42,066 nucleotides of DNA from Oligoflexia bacterium (GTDB lineage: Bacteria > Bdellovibrionota > UBA1018), in assembly GCA_023700925.1 (NCBI GenBank), contig JAMPXZ010000003.1:1-42066 (forward strand). Direction: 5' to 3'. Positions 16,017 through 25,880 of this stretch are shown here, in pieces. Both the position numbers and the translations under genes were made by a program. The first letter of the stretch is position 1. Every line of letters begins with the position of its first letter. The notes below the pieces were generated by a model. That model was not told the DNA's origin and did no database searches. It saw nothing but the letters and a program-made list of their open reading frames with translations.

Positions 16017-17396
16017 TCAACCGACGACCGAAACGTCCGTCAGCAGGGCGAAATCCGGGCCGTAGTACCCATCGCCCGTGGGGGCATCCGAAGAGAAGTG
16101 CGCGCGCTTGACCGGGCGGTTCGAAAGCCGCGCTCCGCGGAAGTTCTCGCGGAACGAGCCCGAGAGCGATCCGCCCTTGAGGTAGGTCACGCTTTTTTTC
16201 TCATTGTCGAACAGGCGCGCCAGGCGAATCTCGCTGCTGAAGGTGCCGCTGTTGGCGTCGACGAAAAGCCCGGAGAACTGCAGGATTTCGAGCACCTTCG
16301 GTGCCCGGCGGGTCAGCTCCTCGTAGCTCAGGGTTCCGGGGTCGACGACAATGCTGCCGCGAACCGTGGTGGGAACCGCGGAAAGGTAGTCGGCAAAGCG
16401 CTTGTCCGTGGCGGTGGCCACCACGCGGTTGCGATCCACGAGCTTGAACGGAGTCTGAATGAGGCCGTGCTCGGAGAGGGCCGCCGTGTCGGCGCCGTAG
16501 GGCAGCGAAGGATCCAGGGTGATGGTCAGCGGATCGCCCGAGGCGTTCGGCACGAGCTCGTCGCCCGGCTTCACGAAGGGCAGGCCGTGATAGGCGTTCA
16601 TCGAGGAGAGCTGGGTGAGCTGGCTCGAGAACAGCGCGGCCAGGACATCGGCATCCACGATCACGGGGTAGCGTCCCGTCTCGGGCTTGCGCACGTCCAG
16701 GGAGTGCTCGGCGCGGTCAGAGGTCTCATCAAAGAGCTCCTCGACCGGCAGATCGTCGAGGCTCACCGCCCAGCGCGTGTTGAGGTATTCATCTGAATGC
16801 GGCTTGCCGTCCGCGCCCGGGCGCGTGAACGAGTACGCCGCTTCGGAGTAGATCCGGCTCTGCGAGGAGCGGTGGACGAGGCCGTTGCTCAGGTGCAGCT
16901 CGTGGTCATGGATGGACAGGAAGAGCTCGGCGGAGCTGAAGGTCGTCGGACGCCGGCGCGCCACGGCGGCGCCCATCCGGCGGGTGAGCCCCGTCATCAC
17001 CCCCTCGAGATCCTCGGCCATCCGGGCATCGGCGGTCAAGACCTCGGGCAGCTCCTTGGGAATCGCGCCCGGCAGGCTCCAGGCCTGGTGATCGGTCTGG
17101 CGAGCCGCCGCGATCGCGGAGTCGAGCTGTGGCGTGAGCGGGAGCGCGGGAAAGAGCTTCTTGGAAATCTCGCCCTGGCGTCCCGCCTTCGGAAGCCCGA
17201 CGAAGATCTTCGCGCTGATGCTCTGCGATCGGACCTCGCGGTCCTGGTCGGTGATCAGGGCGCCGCCGTCGAGCATGAAGTAACGCTCGCGCCGGTGGAT
17301 ATGCTCCTGCGTGATGATCCAGCCCTTGACCTCCTTGCGGCGGTTGAGCTCGTTCTTGAGGGTGTCGAGGGTCCAGTTCTGCGTCGTGCGTTTCAT
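16017..17396 (-). CDS. TldE/PmbA-like partner of TldD
   Basis: G.YPVI, TITLDP..P.G, TTVRG, SGTFS motifs; no HExxxH; 11 bp downstream of tldD. Start taken as MKRTTQ. Confidence 0.8.
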   Translation of the reverse strand: MKRTTQNWTLDTLKNELNRRKEVKGWIITQEHIHRRERYFMLDGGALITDQDREVRSQSISAKIFVGLPKAGRQGEISKKLFPALPLTPQLDSAIAAARQTDHQAWSLPGAIPKELPEVLTADARMAEDLEGVMTGLTRRMGAAVARRRPTTFSSAELFLSIHDHELHLSNGLVHRSSQSRIYSEAAYSFTRPGADGKPHSDEYLNTRWAVSLDDLPVEELFDETSDRAEHSLDVRKPETGRYPVIVDADVLAALFSSQLTQLSSMNAYHGLPFVKPGDELVPNASGDPLTITLDPSLPYGADTAALSEHGLIQTPFKLVDRNRVVATATDKRFADYLSAVPTTVRGSIVVDPGTLSYEELTRRAPKVLEILQFSGLFVDANSGTFSSEIRLARLFDNEKKSVTYLKGGSLSGSFRENFRGARLSNRPVKRAHFSSDAPTGDGYYGPDFALLTDVSVVG

Positions 17397-17407
17397 CGTG
17401 TGCCTCG

Positions 17408-18988
17408 TTATCCGAGAATGACCTGATCCAGGAGCAGGTAGGGGCCGCCGCAACCGGCGAAGACGAACTCCTTGTGATACTTGCCGCAGCCCCCGGCGTC
17501 GTTGAACGGATGGCGTGAGCGATCCGGCGCGGAGGTCGTGGCGTCGATCTTGGATTTGGCGACGATCGAGTTCAGCACGTCGGGAGTATAGCCGGTGAGC
17601 TGGATATCGCCACCGGCGGGGCCTTTGAAGAGCCGCCCGGTCAGCTTGCCGTCCTTCACTTCTTCGAGAAAGGAGATCCCCACCTGAATCCCCATGCCTT
17701 TGGGGTCTTCCATCCCGCCGGCGGGATGCAGGGCGATGAAGCCGTTCTTCATGCGCGAGAGGAGCTGGTCGAGCGTCTGATCGCCCGGGCTGAAGTAGGT
17801 GTTCGTCTGCCGGGTATAGACGCCGCTTGCCCAGTTCTCACGCTTGCCGTTGGCGGTTCTCGGAACGCCGAGGCGAAGCGAAGACGTAAGGTTCGTCATC
17901 GGAGGGGTCAGGGCGCCGCGGTCGAGCAGCACCTGCTCCTGCGCGAGCCACCCTTCCTCGTCAAAGAAATAGCTGCCCCACGCGGCGTAGGGCTCGCCGG
18001 CCATCTCGTAGATCGCCGGATTATTCAGGATCGTCGCCTGTTCGTTGCCCACCCGTTCACCGGATTTGTGAAGCTCCCACGCTTTGCTCCGGCCGCGGGC
18101 GCAGGTATCGCCCTCCTGGGAGTGGCCGAACGCCTCGTGCGCGAGCACGCCGGTGAGCACGGGTCCGAAGATGACCGGATATTTTCCCGGTGCGAGCCTT
18201 TCGGCTTTCTTGAGGCCCTTGAGGTTCACCAGGAGCGTGCGCAGCTCCTCGGGTTTCACCTCGAGCGTCTCCAGCCCGCCGAGGCCGCCGAGCCTCAGGA
18301 AGGTACGGTCCGATCCCGACATCGTGATCAGGGTGAGCGCGACCCGATAGAGTGCCTGGGACATGTCCGTTTCGCGATCGATGAAGATCGACTGCTCATC
18401 CGAGAAGGACTCGCGCGCGGTAATGAAGGTCAGCTCTTCTTGGGGGAAACCCGCCTCGGCGGCAGTGGCCTTGATGCGGGCGATCAGCTCGTTGAGGCGC
18501 GCGAGCGTCTCGGCGGCGGTGGCGGCTTTCGGATATCTTTGAAAGCGGATTCCGAAATGCACCGGCGTCTCCGCGCTCGTTCCGTTCGGGATCTGAAGGA
18601 GCAGTTCGGGATCGAGCTTCGCGGAGGCGACGCGTTCGCTCCAGCTCACGGCCCGGTAGGGACGCTTGCGCGCGCCCTCGGGGGGGCGGGTGGCCGCGAC
18701 TCGCTCGGCAAAGGACTGGGCGAAAGATCTGAGCGAGGCGGGTTCGAGCTCGTCGGTCGCCTGTTCGAAGAGCGTGTAACCGTCATAAATCCGCAGGACC
18801 GCGCCCTGGCTCACCTGGTCGCTGACCTGGGTCTGCTTGAGGTTGGCCGAGTAGGTCTTGCTCGACTTGCGCTCGAAGTAGATCGATCCGTACCAGTCCG
18901 GTCCGTTTTCGAGGAGCGGGAGGAGCTGCTTGAGCGACTGGCGGAGGTCCCGGAGATCTGCGGAAAAAGGAGCTCTTTTGATTTCCAT
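17408..18988 (-). CDS. tldD: TldD-family metalloprotease
   Basis: LAHEAFGHSQEGD zinc motif, GSYFFDEEG, TANGKRE, RQTNTY, GGCGK, GCGGP. Confidence 0.88.
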   Translation of the reverse strand: MEIKRAPFSADLRDLRQSLKQLLPLLENGPDWYGSIYFERKSSKTYSANLKQTQVSDQVSQGAVLRIYDGYTLFEQATDELEPASLRSFAQSFAERVAATRPPEGARKRPYRAVSWSERVASAKLDPELLLQIPNGTSAETPVHFGIRFQRYPKAATAAETLARLNELIARIKATAAEAGFPQEELTFITARESFSDEQSIFIDRETDMSQALYRVALTLITMSGSDRTFLRLGGLGGLETLEVKPEELRTLLVNLKGLKKAERLAPGKYPVIFGPVLTGVLAHEAFGHSQEGDTCARGRSKAWELHKSGERVGNEQATILNNPAIYEMAGEPYAAWGSYFFDEEGWLAQEQVLLDRGALTPPMTNLTSSLRLGVPRTANGKRENWASGVYTRQTNTYFSPGDQTLDQLLSRMKNGFIALHPAGGMEDPKGMGIQVGISFLEEVKDGKLTGRLFKGPAGGDIQLTGYTPDVLNSIVAKSKIDATTSAPDRSRHPFNDAGGCGKYHKEFVFAGCGGPYLLLDQVILG

Positions 18989-19095
18989 TCCCACCTCTTA
19001 ACCGAACTTCCGCAAAACCGCAAAGGCCCTGGGCCAGCGCGCTCACTCCTGTCTTGAAGGTGTGCGCGGCGCGGTGCTTGTGCTAGTCTTTCGTC

Positions 19096-20373
19096 ATGAC
19101 GAACACCACGCAAAAGCCGACGATCCTCTCGGCCTTCGGAAACCGGCGGACCGCGGCGGTCCTGGCTCTGGGTTTTTCTTCCGGCGTCCCGCTCGCGTTG
19201 ACGGGGGCGACTCTGCAGGCGTGGATGAAGACCGAGAACGTCGATCTCACGGTGATCGGCCTTTTCTCGCTGGTCGGGATTCCCTACACCCTTAAGTTCC
19301 TGTGGGCGCCGCTCATGGACCGGTTCGTTCCGCCGTTTCTCGGCCGGCGACGGGGCTGGATGCTGATCAGTCAGCTTCTGCTCGTCCTCGGCGTGATCGC
19401 GCTCGCGTTCTCGGATCCCGCCCGCTTTCCGGCGCTGACGGCCACGATCTGCCTGGGCGTCGCGTTCTTCAGCTCGAGTCAGGACATCGTCATCGACGCC
19501 TACCGGACCGAGATCCTGGAAAAAGACGAAACCGGTCCGGGTGCCGCGCTCTACATCATGGGCTACCGGATCGCGGTGCTCGTGTCGGGCGCCGTCGCGC
19601 TCATTCTAGCGGATCACATGCCGTGGAAGCTGGTGTATCTCATCATGGCGTGCACGATGGGGGTCGGCATCCTGACCTCGTTCCTTGCGCCGGACCCGAA
19701 GGTGCCGGCCAAGCCGCCCAAGTCCATCGGCGATGCGGTGGTGCTGCCTTTCGTCGAGTTCTTCAAGCGGCGGGGCGCGGTGGAGATTCTGGCTTTCATC
19801 GTTCTCTACAAGCTGGATGTCGTGGTCGCCCAGGCGCTCATGACCCCATTCCTGATGGATCTTGGCTTCACCAAGACCGACATCGGTACCGTGACCAAGG
19901 GCTTCGGTCTTGTGGCGACCATCCTCGGAACGCTCTTCGGCGGCGCCATGCTGGTGAAGCTCGGGATGCTCCGCTCGCTCTGGTTCTTCGGCCTGCTGCA
20001 GGGATTGGCCGGCTTTTCGTTCATGACGTTGGCGCGCCTGGGGCATCACTATCCGATGATGGTGACCGCCATCGCCGTCGAGAACATCTGCAGCGGCATG
20101 GGGACGGCGGCCTTCGCGGCATTCATGATGAGCATCTGCGACAAACGCTACACAGCGACCCAGTATGCGCTTCTGACGAGTCTGATGGCGATCACCCGGG
20201 TCATGGGCTCGGCGCTGACCGGCTACATGGCCAAGGCCTGGGGCTGGGAGCTCTACTATCTCGCCTCGATTCTCGTTGCGATCCCGGGCCTGCTTCTGCT
20301 CCTGCGTTATTCGAAGTGGACCACGGTCGCCGCGGACGGCACCGCCGAGCCCGCGGTCGTCGGAGCGAAATAG
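19096..20373 (+). CDS. ampG: AmpG muropeptide MFS permease
   Basis: LGFSSGVPL, YTLKFLWAPLMDR, GRRRGW, SQDIVIDAYR, TATQYALLTS. Confidence 0.93.
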   Translation: MTNTTQKPTILSAFGNRRTAAVLALGFSSGVPLALTGATLQAWMKTENVDLTVIGLFSLVGIPYTLKFLWAPLMDRFVPPFLGRRRGWMLISQLLLVLGVIALAFSDPARFPALTATICLGVAFFSSSQDIVIDAYRTEILEKDETGPGAALYIMGYRIAVLVSGAVALILADHMPWKLVYLIMACTMGVGILTSFLAPDPKVPAKPPKSIGDAVVLPFVEFFKRRGAVEILAFIVLYKLDVVVAQALMTPFLMDLGFTKTDIGTVTKGFGLVATILGTLFGGAMLVKLGMLRSLWFFGLLQGLAGFSFMTLARLGHHYPMMVTAIAVENICSGMGTAAFAAFMMSICDKRYTATQYALLTSLMAITRVMGSALTGYMAKAWGWELYYLASILVAIPGLLLLLRYSKWTTVAADGTAEPAVVGAK

Positions 20374-20416
20374 CGTCGCGCGCGCGAACGGTGCGCGCTT
20401 GGCCGCGCCCGGTCGT

Positions 20417-21049
20417 TCAAAAGGGCGCGTTCGGAATCCCGTGCACCGCCAGCGCGCGATCATAGTGCCGGAACGTGCCCCTGGAATCATCGAGCAGGCG
20501 CCGGTCCGGGCAGAGGATCGGCTCATTCGCAAAGTTCAGCTCCTGCACCGGCGTTCCCGTGGGCGGTAGCGCGGTCGCGCGGCATTTCTCGTCGATCTCA
20601 CGCGAAAGCAGCTCGAACCAGCGCCGGTCTTTTTCTTCCGTCAGCTCCAGCTCCGCGACGCCTGCGGGAGCATAGCGATAGAAGCGCGGCACCTCGGCGG
20701 ACCAGAGCATGGGTGGGGAGTACGCCGCCCGCAGCTCGGGCCGGTCATGGGAGCGTTTGCGATGCGCGACGCTCGTATTGAGGTCGACGATTTCGCCGTG
20801 TTCGGTGGCGGCCCAGAAGTGGAAATTCTTCCCCCAGCAGCCCGCCCACAGGATTGAGTGATCTTCGAGAACCTCGATCCAGGCCGCGGGGCCATACATC
20901 ACTTGGGAGCCGATCCCGAGATTTCGGAGGGCGCGTGCGCTTCCCGCCGCCACGAGAAGCGGATAGTCGGCTCGATCACCGGTAAGCCGATCCACGGTCA
21001 GAGAGATGACCCGTGAAACCTGGGCGATGATCGACAGGGGTGTGCTCAT
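20417..21049 (-). CDS. Hypothetical protein, possibly a degenerate transglutaminase/papain-like fold
   Basis: AGGAGG SD; L..LGI..QV..G, FHFW, GEIVDL pattern. Fold call is tentative. Confidence 0.75.
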   Translation of the reverse strand: MSTPLSIIAQVSRVISLTVDRLTGDRADYPLLVAAGSARALRNLGIGSQVMYGPAAWIEVLEDHSILWAGCWGKNFHFWAATEHGEIVDLNTSVAHRKRSHDRPELRAAYSPPMLWSAEVPRFYRYAPAGVAELELTEEKDRRWFELLSREIDEKCRATALPPTGTPVQELNFANEPILCPDRRLLDDSRGTFRHYDRALAVHGIPNAPF

Positions 21050-21166
21050 GGGTTCCTCCTATCTCATCCCGGGGGAGGATGCTAGGCCGCCCGGGGGATG
21101 AGCCGTTAATGGCCCTAAGAAGTTAAAATTATAGGGCTAAATACAGGACTGAAATGGTCTATTAAT

Positions 21167-21198
21167 TTGACTCATTTGGTCTTTTGCAATATATTGCA
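21167..21198 (+). promoter_or_regulatory. sigma70 promoter with overlapping 14-bp palindrome
   Basis: TTGACT-N17-TATATT; perfect palindrome TGCAATATATTGCA (21185-21198) covers the -10. Confidence 0.6.
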
Positions 21199-21205
21199 CA
21201 GCGTT

Positions 21206-22405
21206 ATGGGCTCTCCTCTTCGCTGGTTATTGATGGCGGGATTTTCGATGGTGGTCGGCTTGCCGATCCTCTGTGCGGCAGATCCAAAGAGCATCACGGA
21301 AAGCCACCTGATCTCCATTGATCCGAACGAGCCGGGAGGCTGCGCGCGGATTCTGAAGCTCCTTGAGGAAAAGTCGCTCGGGATCTCCGACGGCGCGCGA
21401 AGCGCGATGCTCGAGCAGACCTGCGCGCCTGGGCGCGATCGTGATGCCAGGTTTTCGGTGATCCTGCTGAAGGAAAACGACGATGCCGTCGCGGTCCGTG
21501 AGGCGGAGACCGCGTTGTCCGAAGAGCAGCGCGGCAACATCCGTCGCCTGATGGAAGACGATGACTATCGCCGTGAGCTCATCCGGGACGCCGTTCTCGA
21601 TCGTCCACGAGACGTGAAGTCGACGGAGAGGCCGCTCGACTTCAATCGCGAGTATTTCTCGGGTTTTGTCCGGGATACTTACGGAATCGTCAAAGCGCCT
21701 GCCTCCTGGGACTCCAGGGACTGGGGCAGGGCCGCGCTCCTGCTCGTGGCGTCGGGCGGTATCTACGCCAATGATGAGCGTGTCCGGGACTGGGTCCAGC
21801 GCTCGCGAAACGAGCAGAGTGACCGAATCGCGGGGCTCGCCGAGCCGTTCGGAAAGGAGTTGATCCTGCCCGGTCTCGGCTTGATGTATGTCGCGGGCAA
21901 GTTGACTGACAACGTGCCCGCGGTTCGAACAGCGCTCCTGGGCCTCGAAAGCGCGGCGATCACAACGTTGTTCATAGGTGGCGTGAAGACGCTGGCCGCC
22001 CGGCATCGGCCCTATACCGGTGACGGCGCCGGGGCCTTTGGACGCGACTCCGGGAGCGTGGATTCGCACGCTTCTCTGCCGTCCGGGCACTCGGGCGCGG
22101 CTTTCGCGGTGGCGGCGGTGATGGCCTCGGAGCTGGGCGAGGAGGGCGGGCATGCGTGGGTCGCGCCTGTCGCTTACGGGATCGCAACTCTGACCGCCCT
22201 TTCCCGCATGAACGACGACGAGCACTGGGCATCGGACGTATTCATCGGAGCGGCGATCGGTTACTCGATCGGCAAATGGATCACCTCGCGGCATGCGTCG
22301 AGTCGCGGCGTTTCAGGTTCCGGCAGCAGGTCGGCGGGCTGGCAGGCGTATCCGGTGCTGGACCGCCGCGGAAGAATCAGCCTGATCCTGGAGTACCCGT
22401 TTTGA
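21206..22405 (+). CDS. PAP2 family phosphatase with N-terminal extension
   Basis: K....R.RP, SLPSGHS and SR....HWASDV motifs. Start uncertain (21206 or 21233). Confidence 0.85.
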   Translation: MGSPLRWLLMAGFSMVVGLPILCAADPKSITESHLISIDPNEPGGCARILKLLEEKSLGISDGARSAMLEQTCAPGRDRDARFSVILLKENDDAVAVREAETALSEEQRGNIRRLMEDDDYRRELIRDAVLDRPRDVKSTERPLDFNREYFSGFVRDTYGIVKAPASWDSRDWGRAALLLVASGGIYANDERVRDWVQRSRNEQSDRIAGLAEPFGKELILPGLGLMYVAGKLTDNVPAVRTALLGLESAAITTLFIGGVKTLAARHRPYTGDGAGAFGRDSGSVDSHASLPSGHSGAAFAVAAVMASELGEEGGHAWVAPVAYGIATLTALSRMNDDEHWASDVFIGAAIGYSIGKWITSRHASSRGVSGSGSRSAGWQAYPVLDRRGRISLILEYPF

Positions 22406-23823
22406 ATTCACCTCGTGTTTACCGCATTTTTGCGGGTGTTTTGGCGCTGAGTTCCGCGATTCCGGGGGCCGCGTGGGCGACCACCGAGGACTCGCATCTG
22501 CGCGAGCCGCGGCTGCCCTCCTTCGGGCGTTTCAGCTTTCAGGAACGCCGCCGGGGTCTGGAGCCGCGCGAGGCCTTTGAGCGGGCGCGAGCGATTCTGG
22601 AGCATTTTGGCGTCCCGCCCGAAGAGGATACCCAGGCCTCGCTCGCTGACCTCCAGGGAGCGCAGACTTCGTCGGGCCTGGCGCTGGCTTTGCCTTTCCT
22701 TGACCGGGACGGCGCTTTCGCGCGGTACTCGGCGGTGCAGGACGGTGCGCGGTTGTCCGTTTTCCAGGATCCCGGCTCAAGAACGTCTCCTGATTTCACG
22801 GTCACGCTCGCCTCCGAAGGCTCCGCGCCTCCGGTCTCCGTGTTCGTGGAGCGTCTTCGTCTTGCCGCCGCGAGCGCGACGGCCGAGCGCCCGCTGGCGG
22901 GCCTCCGCATCGCGATCGATCCGGGGCACATGGGCGGGGAGCCCTGGGATGAGCGCGCCGGCAAGTTCGTCAAGGATGGCAAAGGCAATCTTCTGAGCGA
23001 AGGCCTGCTCGTGCTTCAGCTCGGGTTGCTGCTCGAACAGGAGCTGACCGCGCTCGGCGCCGAGGTGATGCTCACGCGGCGAGGGCTTACGCCGGTCACG
23101 ACGTTGCCTTACGAGACCTTCGAGCTCAAGCCCTTTGCCGAGGTCGAGCTGCGCGAATCCGTCGATGACGAATGGTTCCAGTCCCTGCTGCCCACCGCGC
23201 AGGCGGGGCCCAGGCTTTTCAGGGCTTTTGCGGCCAACGCAAGCTTCCGCAAGATTTTCTCGGAGCAGATGCGGTGGAAGTACTTTTTCCTGGGTGAGGA
23301 TCTCGACGCGCGCGTCCGGGCCATCCGGGCGTTTGCGCCGGATATCACGCTCGCTCTTCACCTGGATGTCGGTCCGCGCGGCGTCAACGCCACGAAGGTC
23401 TACGTGCCGGGAGGGTTCTTCGCGGACGAGTTCGCGACGCGGGAGCAGCGCCGGGACTTCGCGTGGCATCTGCTCGACGGGCCGGCGTGGCAGGCGTCGG
23501 TGAGCCTGAGCCGGGCGATCGTGAGCCAGATGAGCTTACGCCTCGGCATCCCGATGGAAACAAGTGGCCTGGGTAACTCCGTTCCCGTTGAGCCCGGTGT
23601 TTTCGCGCGAAATCTCGCGGTCCAGCGAAGGATCACCGGCTCGGCGGTCGCGTACCTGGAATGCCTCCATTACTCCGATCCCGCCGAATTCTCGCGACTT
23701 CGCCAGTACACGCGTTCGATGGAGATCGAAGGCCGGCAGTACGGCTACTCCGAGCGTCTGGTTCAGCTCGCCGAAGCCGTGCGTGACGGCGTGGTGAGCT
23801 TCGCGGCGTCTGATCACCGCTGA
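22402..23823 (+). CDS. N-acetylmuramoyl-L-alanine amidase (Amidase_3), secreted
   Basis: LAGLRIAIDPGH, SEG, GAEVMLTR, LDARV, LALHLD, YLECLH. Probable TTG start overlapping the PAP2 stop, then a signal-like segment. Confidence 0.8.
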   Translation: MNSPRVYRIFAGVLALSSAIPGAAWATTEDSHLREPRLPSFGRFSFQERRRGLEPREAFERARAILEHFGVPPEEDTQASLADLQGAQTSSGLALALPFLDRDGAFARYSAVQDGARLSVFQDPGSRTSPDFTVTLASEGSAPPVSVFVERLRLAAASATAERPLAGLRIAIDPGHMGGEPWDERAGKFVKDGKGNLLSEGLLVLQLGLLLEQELTALGAEVMLTRRGLTPVTTLPYETFELKPFAEVELRESVDDEWFQSLLPTAQAGPRLFRAFAANASFRKIFSEQMRWKYFFLGEDLDARVRAIRAFAPDITLALHLDVGPRGVNATKVYVPGGFFADEFATREQRRDFAWHLLDGPAWQASVSLSRAIVSQMSLRLGIPMETSGLGNSVPVEPGVFARNLAVQRRITGSAVAYLECLHYSDPAEFSRLRQYTRSMEIEGRQYGYSERLVQLAEAVRDGVVSFAASDHR

Positions 23824-24147
23824 GGTTAGCATCTCCAACTGTCGGAAACTGTCTCCCGTGGTTTGCTGGCCCGGCGCCGGTCCTCTTTCCAGTTGTCGGA
23901 AGGCGTAGCCTCAAGTTTTCCCAGCCGTGGCTGCACTTAGCCCAGGGCTTCCTGATGGTGGATCATTGACTCGACGACAGAGTGCGTGTCGTGCAGTCCA
24001 AATTCCACGGAAGTTTGTTCACGCTGTGTCGCGCCCAGGAAAACTGGCCGGTTACGGGCATCTTGAACCGTACGGAAACTGAAACGGAAACCCCAAACTC
24101 ACACGGTGGCGGCTCCGACGGCCAGCCTGGTGCTCGTACCGGACAAG

Positions 24148-24714
24148 TCAGCTCGAGGGCTTGTCGCCTTCGGAGGGAGCGCTGGAAGGGGCCTGGGAAA
24201 CGGGCGTAATCCTGGGCTTCGGGCCGCCGGAAGAGGGCTGGGGAGCGCGTGCTTCGCGGCGCTGTCCATCGCGATCGCCACGACGGTCGTCGCGACGTCC
24301 ACCGCCGCGCTCACCGCGGTCTCCGCGTCCTCCTTTGCCACGCTTCTTGCCATCGCGGCTTTTGCCGTCCCGTCCTTTGCCGTGACCGGGCTCGGCGCGG
24401 CCACCGGCCCCTTTCTGATGCAGCGGGGGGAAGTATTCGGCGACGTAGAACTTGTCGTCCTTCTGGAAGGCCCTGGGAGGCGCTGTTTCGCCTTCGTTGA
24501 GCGCGAAGACGATGACCCGCTTGAGGTCGTTGAGTTTGGTGCCGACCGCATCGAGGGCCGCCAGCAGGAAGGCGAGCTTGTCGCCTTCGAGTTTGAGGGC
24601 TTCGCCCAAAGCCTGGGGCAGCTCCTCGGGCGTCTTGCCCGCGGCCAGGAGCTCCTGGCGCGTCTGTGTGGCATTCTTGAGGGTAAGGGCGGCAAATTCG
24701 GTGAGGGTTTTCAT
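24148..24714 (-). CDS. Hypothetical protein with R/G/D-rich disordered tail
   Basis: MKTLTEF start, globular ~110 aa, then a GRDGK/RGG low-complexity tail; GC3-rich frame. Confidence 0.7.
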   Translation of the reverse strand: MKTLTEFAALTLKNATQTRQELLAAGKTPEELPQALGEALKLEGDKLAFLLAALDAVGTKLNDLKRVIVFALNEGETAPPRAFQKDDKFYVAEYFPPLHQKGAGGRAEPGHGKGRDGKSRDGKKRGKGGRGDRGERGGGRRDDRRGDRDGQRREARAPQPSSGGPKPRITPVSQAPSSAPSEGDKPSS

Positions 24715-24881
24715 GAGGGGACTGTTAGCACAGGGGGCGCGCACCAGAAATCAAAAAGCCGGGGGTTTCTCGCGTAGCAAATGAAGAAGCTCGGACGGCT
24801 CGAGCACCATGCTGGGGCCCCTTTGGGGTGCGAGCGAGTCAAGCGAGGCCGCAGGCCGAGCGGAGAGCGAGCATTAAAATG

Positions 24882-24916
24882 AAAAAAAAGCCCGGCTGGC
24901 TTTCGCCAACCGGGCT
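24882..24916 (-). terminator. Rho-independent terminator of the OMP gene
   Basis: AGCCCGGTTGGC-GAAA-GCCAGCCGGGCT followed by a T run on the minus strand. Confidence 0.85.
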
Positions 24917-24941
24917 CCTGAAGACCTGCGAAAGCAGCCGA

Positions 24942-25784
24942 TCAGAGCAGCTTCGCGCCGACGACGACACTCAGCTGAGCGGCGTCGGCATTGACCGTAT
25001 TGTTCGGATAGATCGTGATGCCTGGGGCGACGTTCACGGTCGGAGTGACGTCAAAGCCCATGCTGAAGTTCACGTCCATGGGATTCCGGTAGCCCCAGCC
25101 TTTGGTGAGGGCATAGCGGCCGTCCAGCTCATAGAGCAGGGTGGCCGACGTCGTCGGATTGAGCTGATAGCTCACGCTCGGCGAGAAGTAGAGGCGCAGC
25201 TTCGAGCGGTCCGCCTTCGCGCCGTTGGCGTACATGTAGAAGGTCTCGAAGGTCGTCGCCGTCAGGGTGAAGCGGCTTTCTGGGATCTTGTAGTCCAGCG
25301 ACTGCGTCGAGCGCAGAGCCGTGAGGATGTGCGCCTTGGAGGAGCCGTTCGAAACGGGTACGTAAGCGCGAAGATCACCGACGAGCGAGGCGTTCTCGGT
25401 TTTGAACAGGCTGTTGTGCGACACGCGCAGCGCGGGATCGTTGATGGTGTAATCCTGTCCACGAACGGGCGAGTAGTCGAAGTTCAGCTGAACGCCGACT
25501 GACGTCGTGCCTGTTGCCTTATAGTTGAGACCGACCTGGTTGATCAGGGTGAGCGGCGACGTGGGATCGGGGGCGCCATCAGCCGTGGGCTGCAGGGAGC
25601 TGGTGGGATGCGCGAGCGAGGGGCCGGCGAGAATGCCGAGGTAGCTCGCGGAGATCCGTTCGCGAAGCGAGGGAGCCACGGCCTTCGCGGTCGCGGTCGT
25701 GGTACTGTTGGTCGGCGTGGTTTCGGCAAAAGCCGAGCCCGCCAACACGGCCGACATCAGAATCAAGGCCTGCAGGTTTTTCAT
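24942..25784 (-). CDS. Outer-membrane beta-barrel protein
   Basis: Sec signal MKNLQALILMSAVLAGSAFA; alternating amphipathic strands rich in Y/T/S/G; GAGG SD; own terminator. Confidence 0.78.
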   Translation of the reverse strand: MKNLQALILMSAVLAGSAFAETTPTNSTTTATAKAVAPSLRERISASYLGILAGPSLAHPTSSLQPTADGAPDPTSPLTLINQVGLNYKATGTTSVGVQLNFDYSPVRGQDYTINDPALRVSHNSLFKTENASLVGDLRAYVPVSNGSSKAHILTALRSTQSLDYKIPESRFTLTATTFETFYMYANGAKADRSKLRLYFSPSVSYQLNPTTSATLLYELDGRYALTKGWGYRNPMDVNFSMGFDVTPTVNVAPGITIYPNNTVNADAAQLSVVVGAKLL

Positions 25785-25863
25785 TTCCAAAATCTCCTCG
25801 TTTAGTTTGAGCCCGATCGAGCAAGCCCGTTCGCACCAGATACACAAATGGCAGAGCGCTTCT

Positions 25864-25880
25864 AGCAAGGGACTTGCCAG
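25864..25880 (-). promoter_or_regulatory. sigma54 promoter of the OMP gene
   Basis: CTGGCA-AGTCCC-TTGCT fits TGGCA-N6-TTGC with exact GG-N10-GC spacing, 80 nt from the ATG. Confidence 0.6.

Noticed and set aside
16017-18988. TldD/E as part of a RiPP cluster
   Set aside because: No precursor peptide, YcaO or radical-SAM gene nearby.
23824-24098. Small ORFs and short repeats (TCCAACTGTCGGAA / TCCAGTTGTCGGAA) between convergent genes
   Set aside because: Frames are broken by stops, lack SD and motifs; the repeat is too short to interpret.
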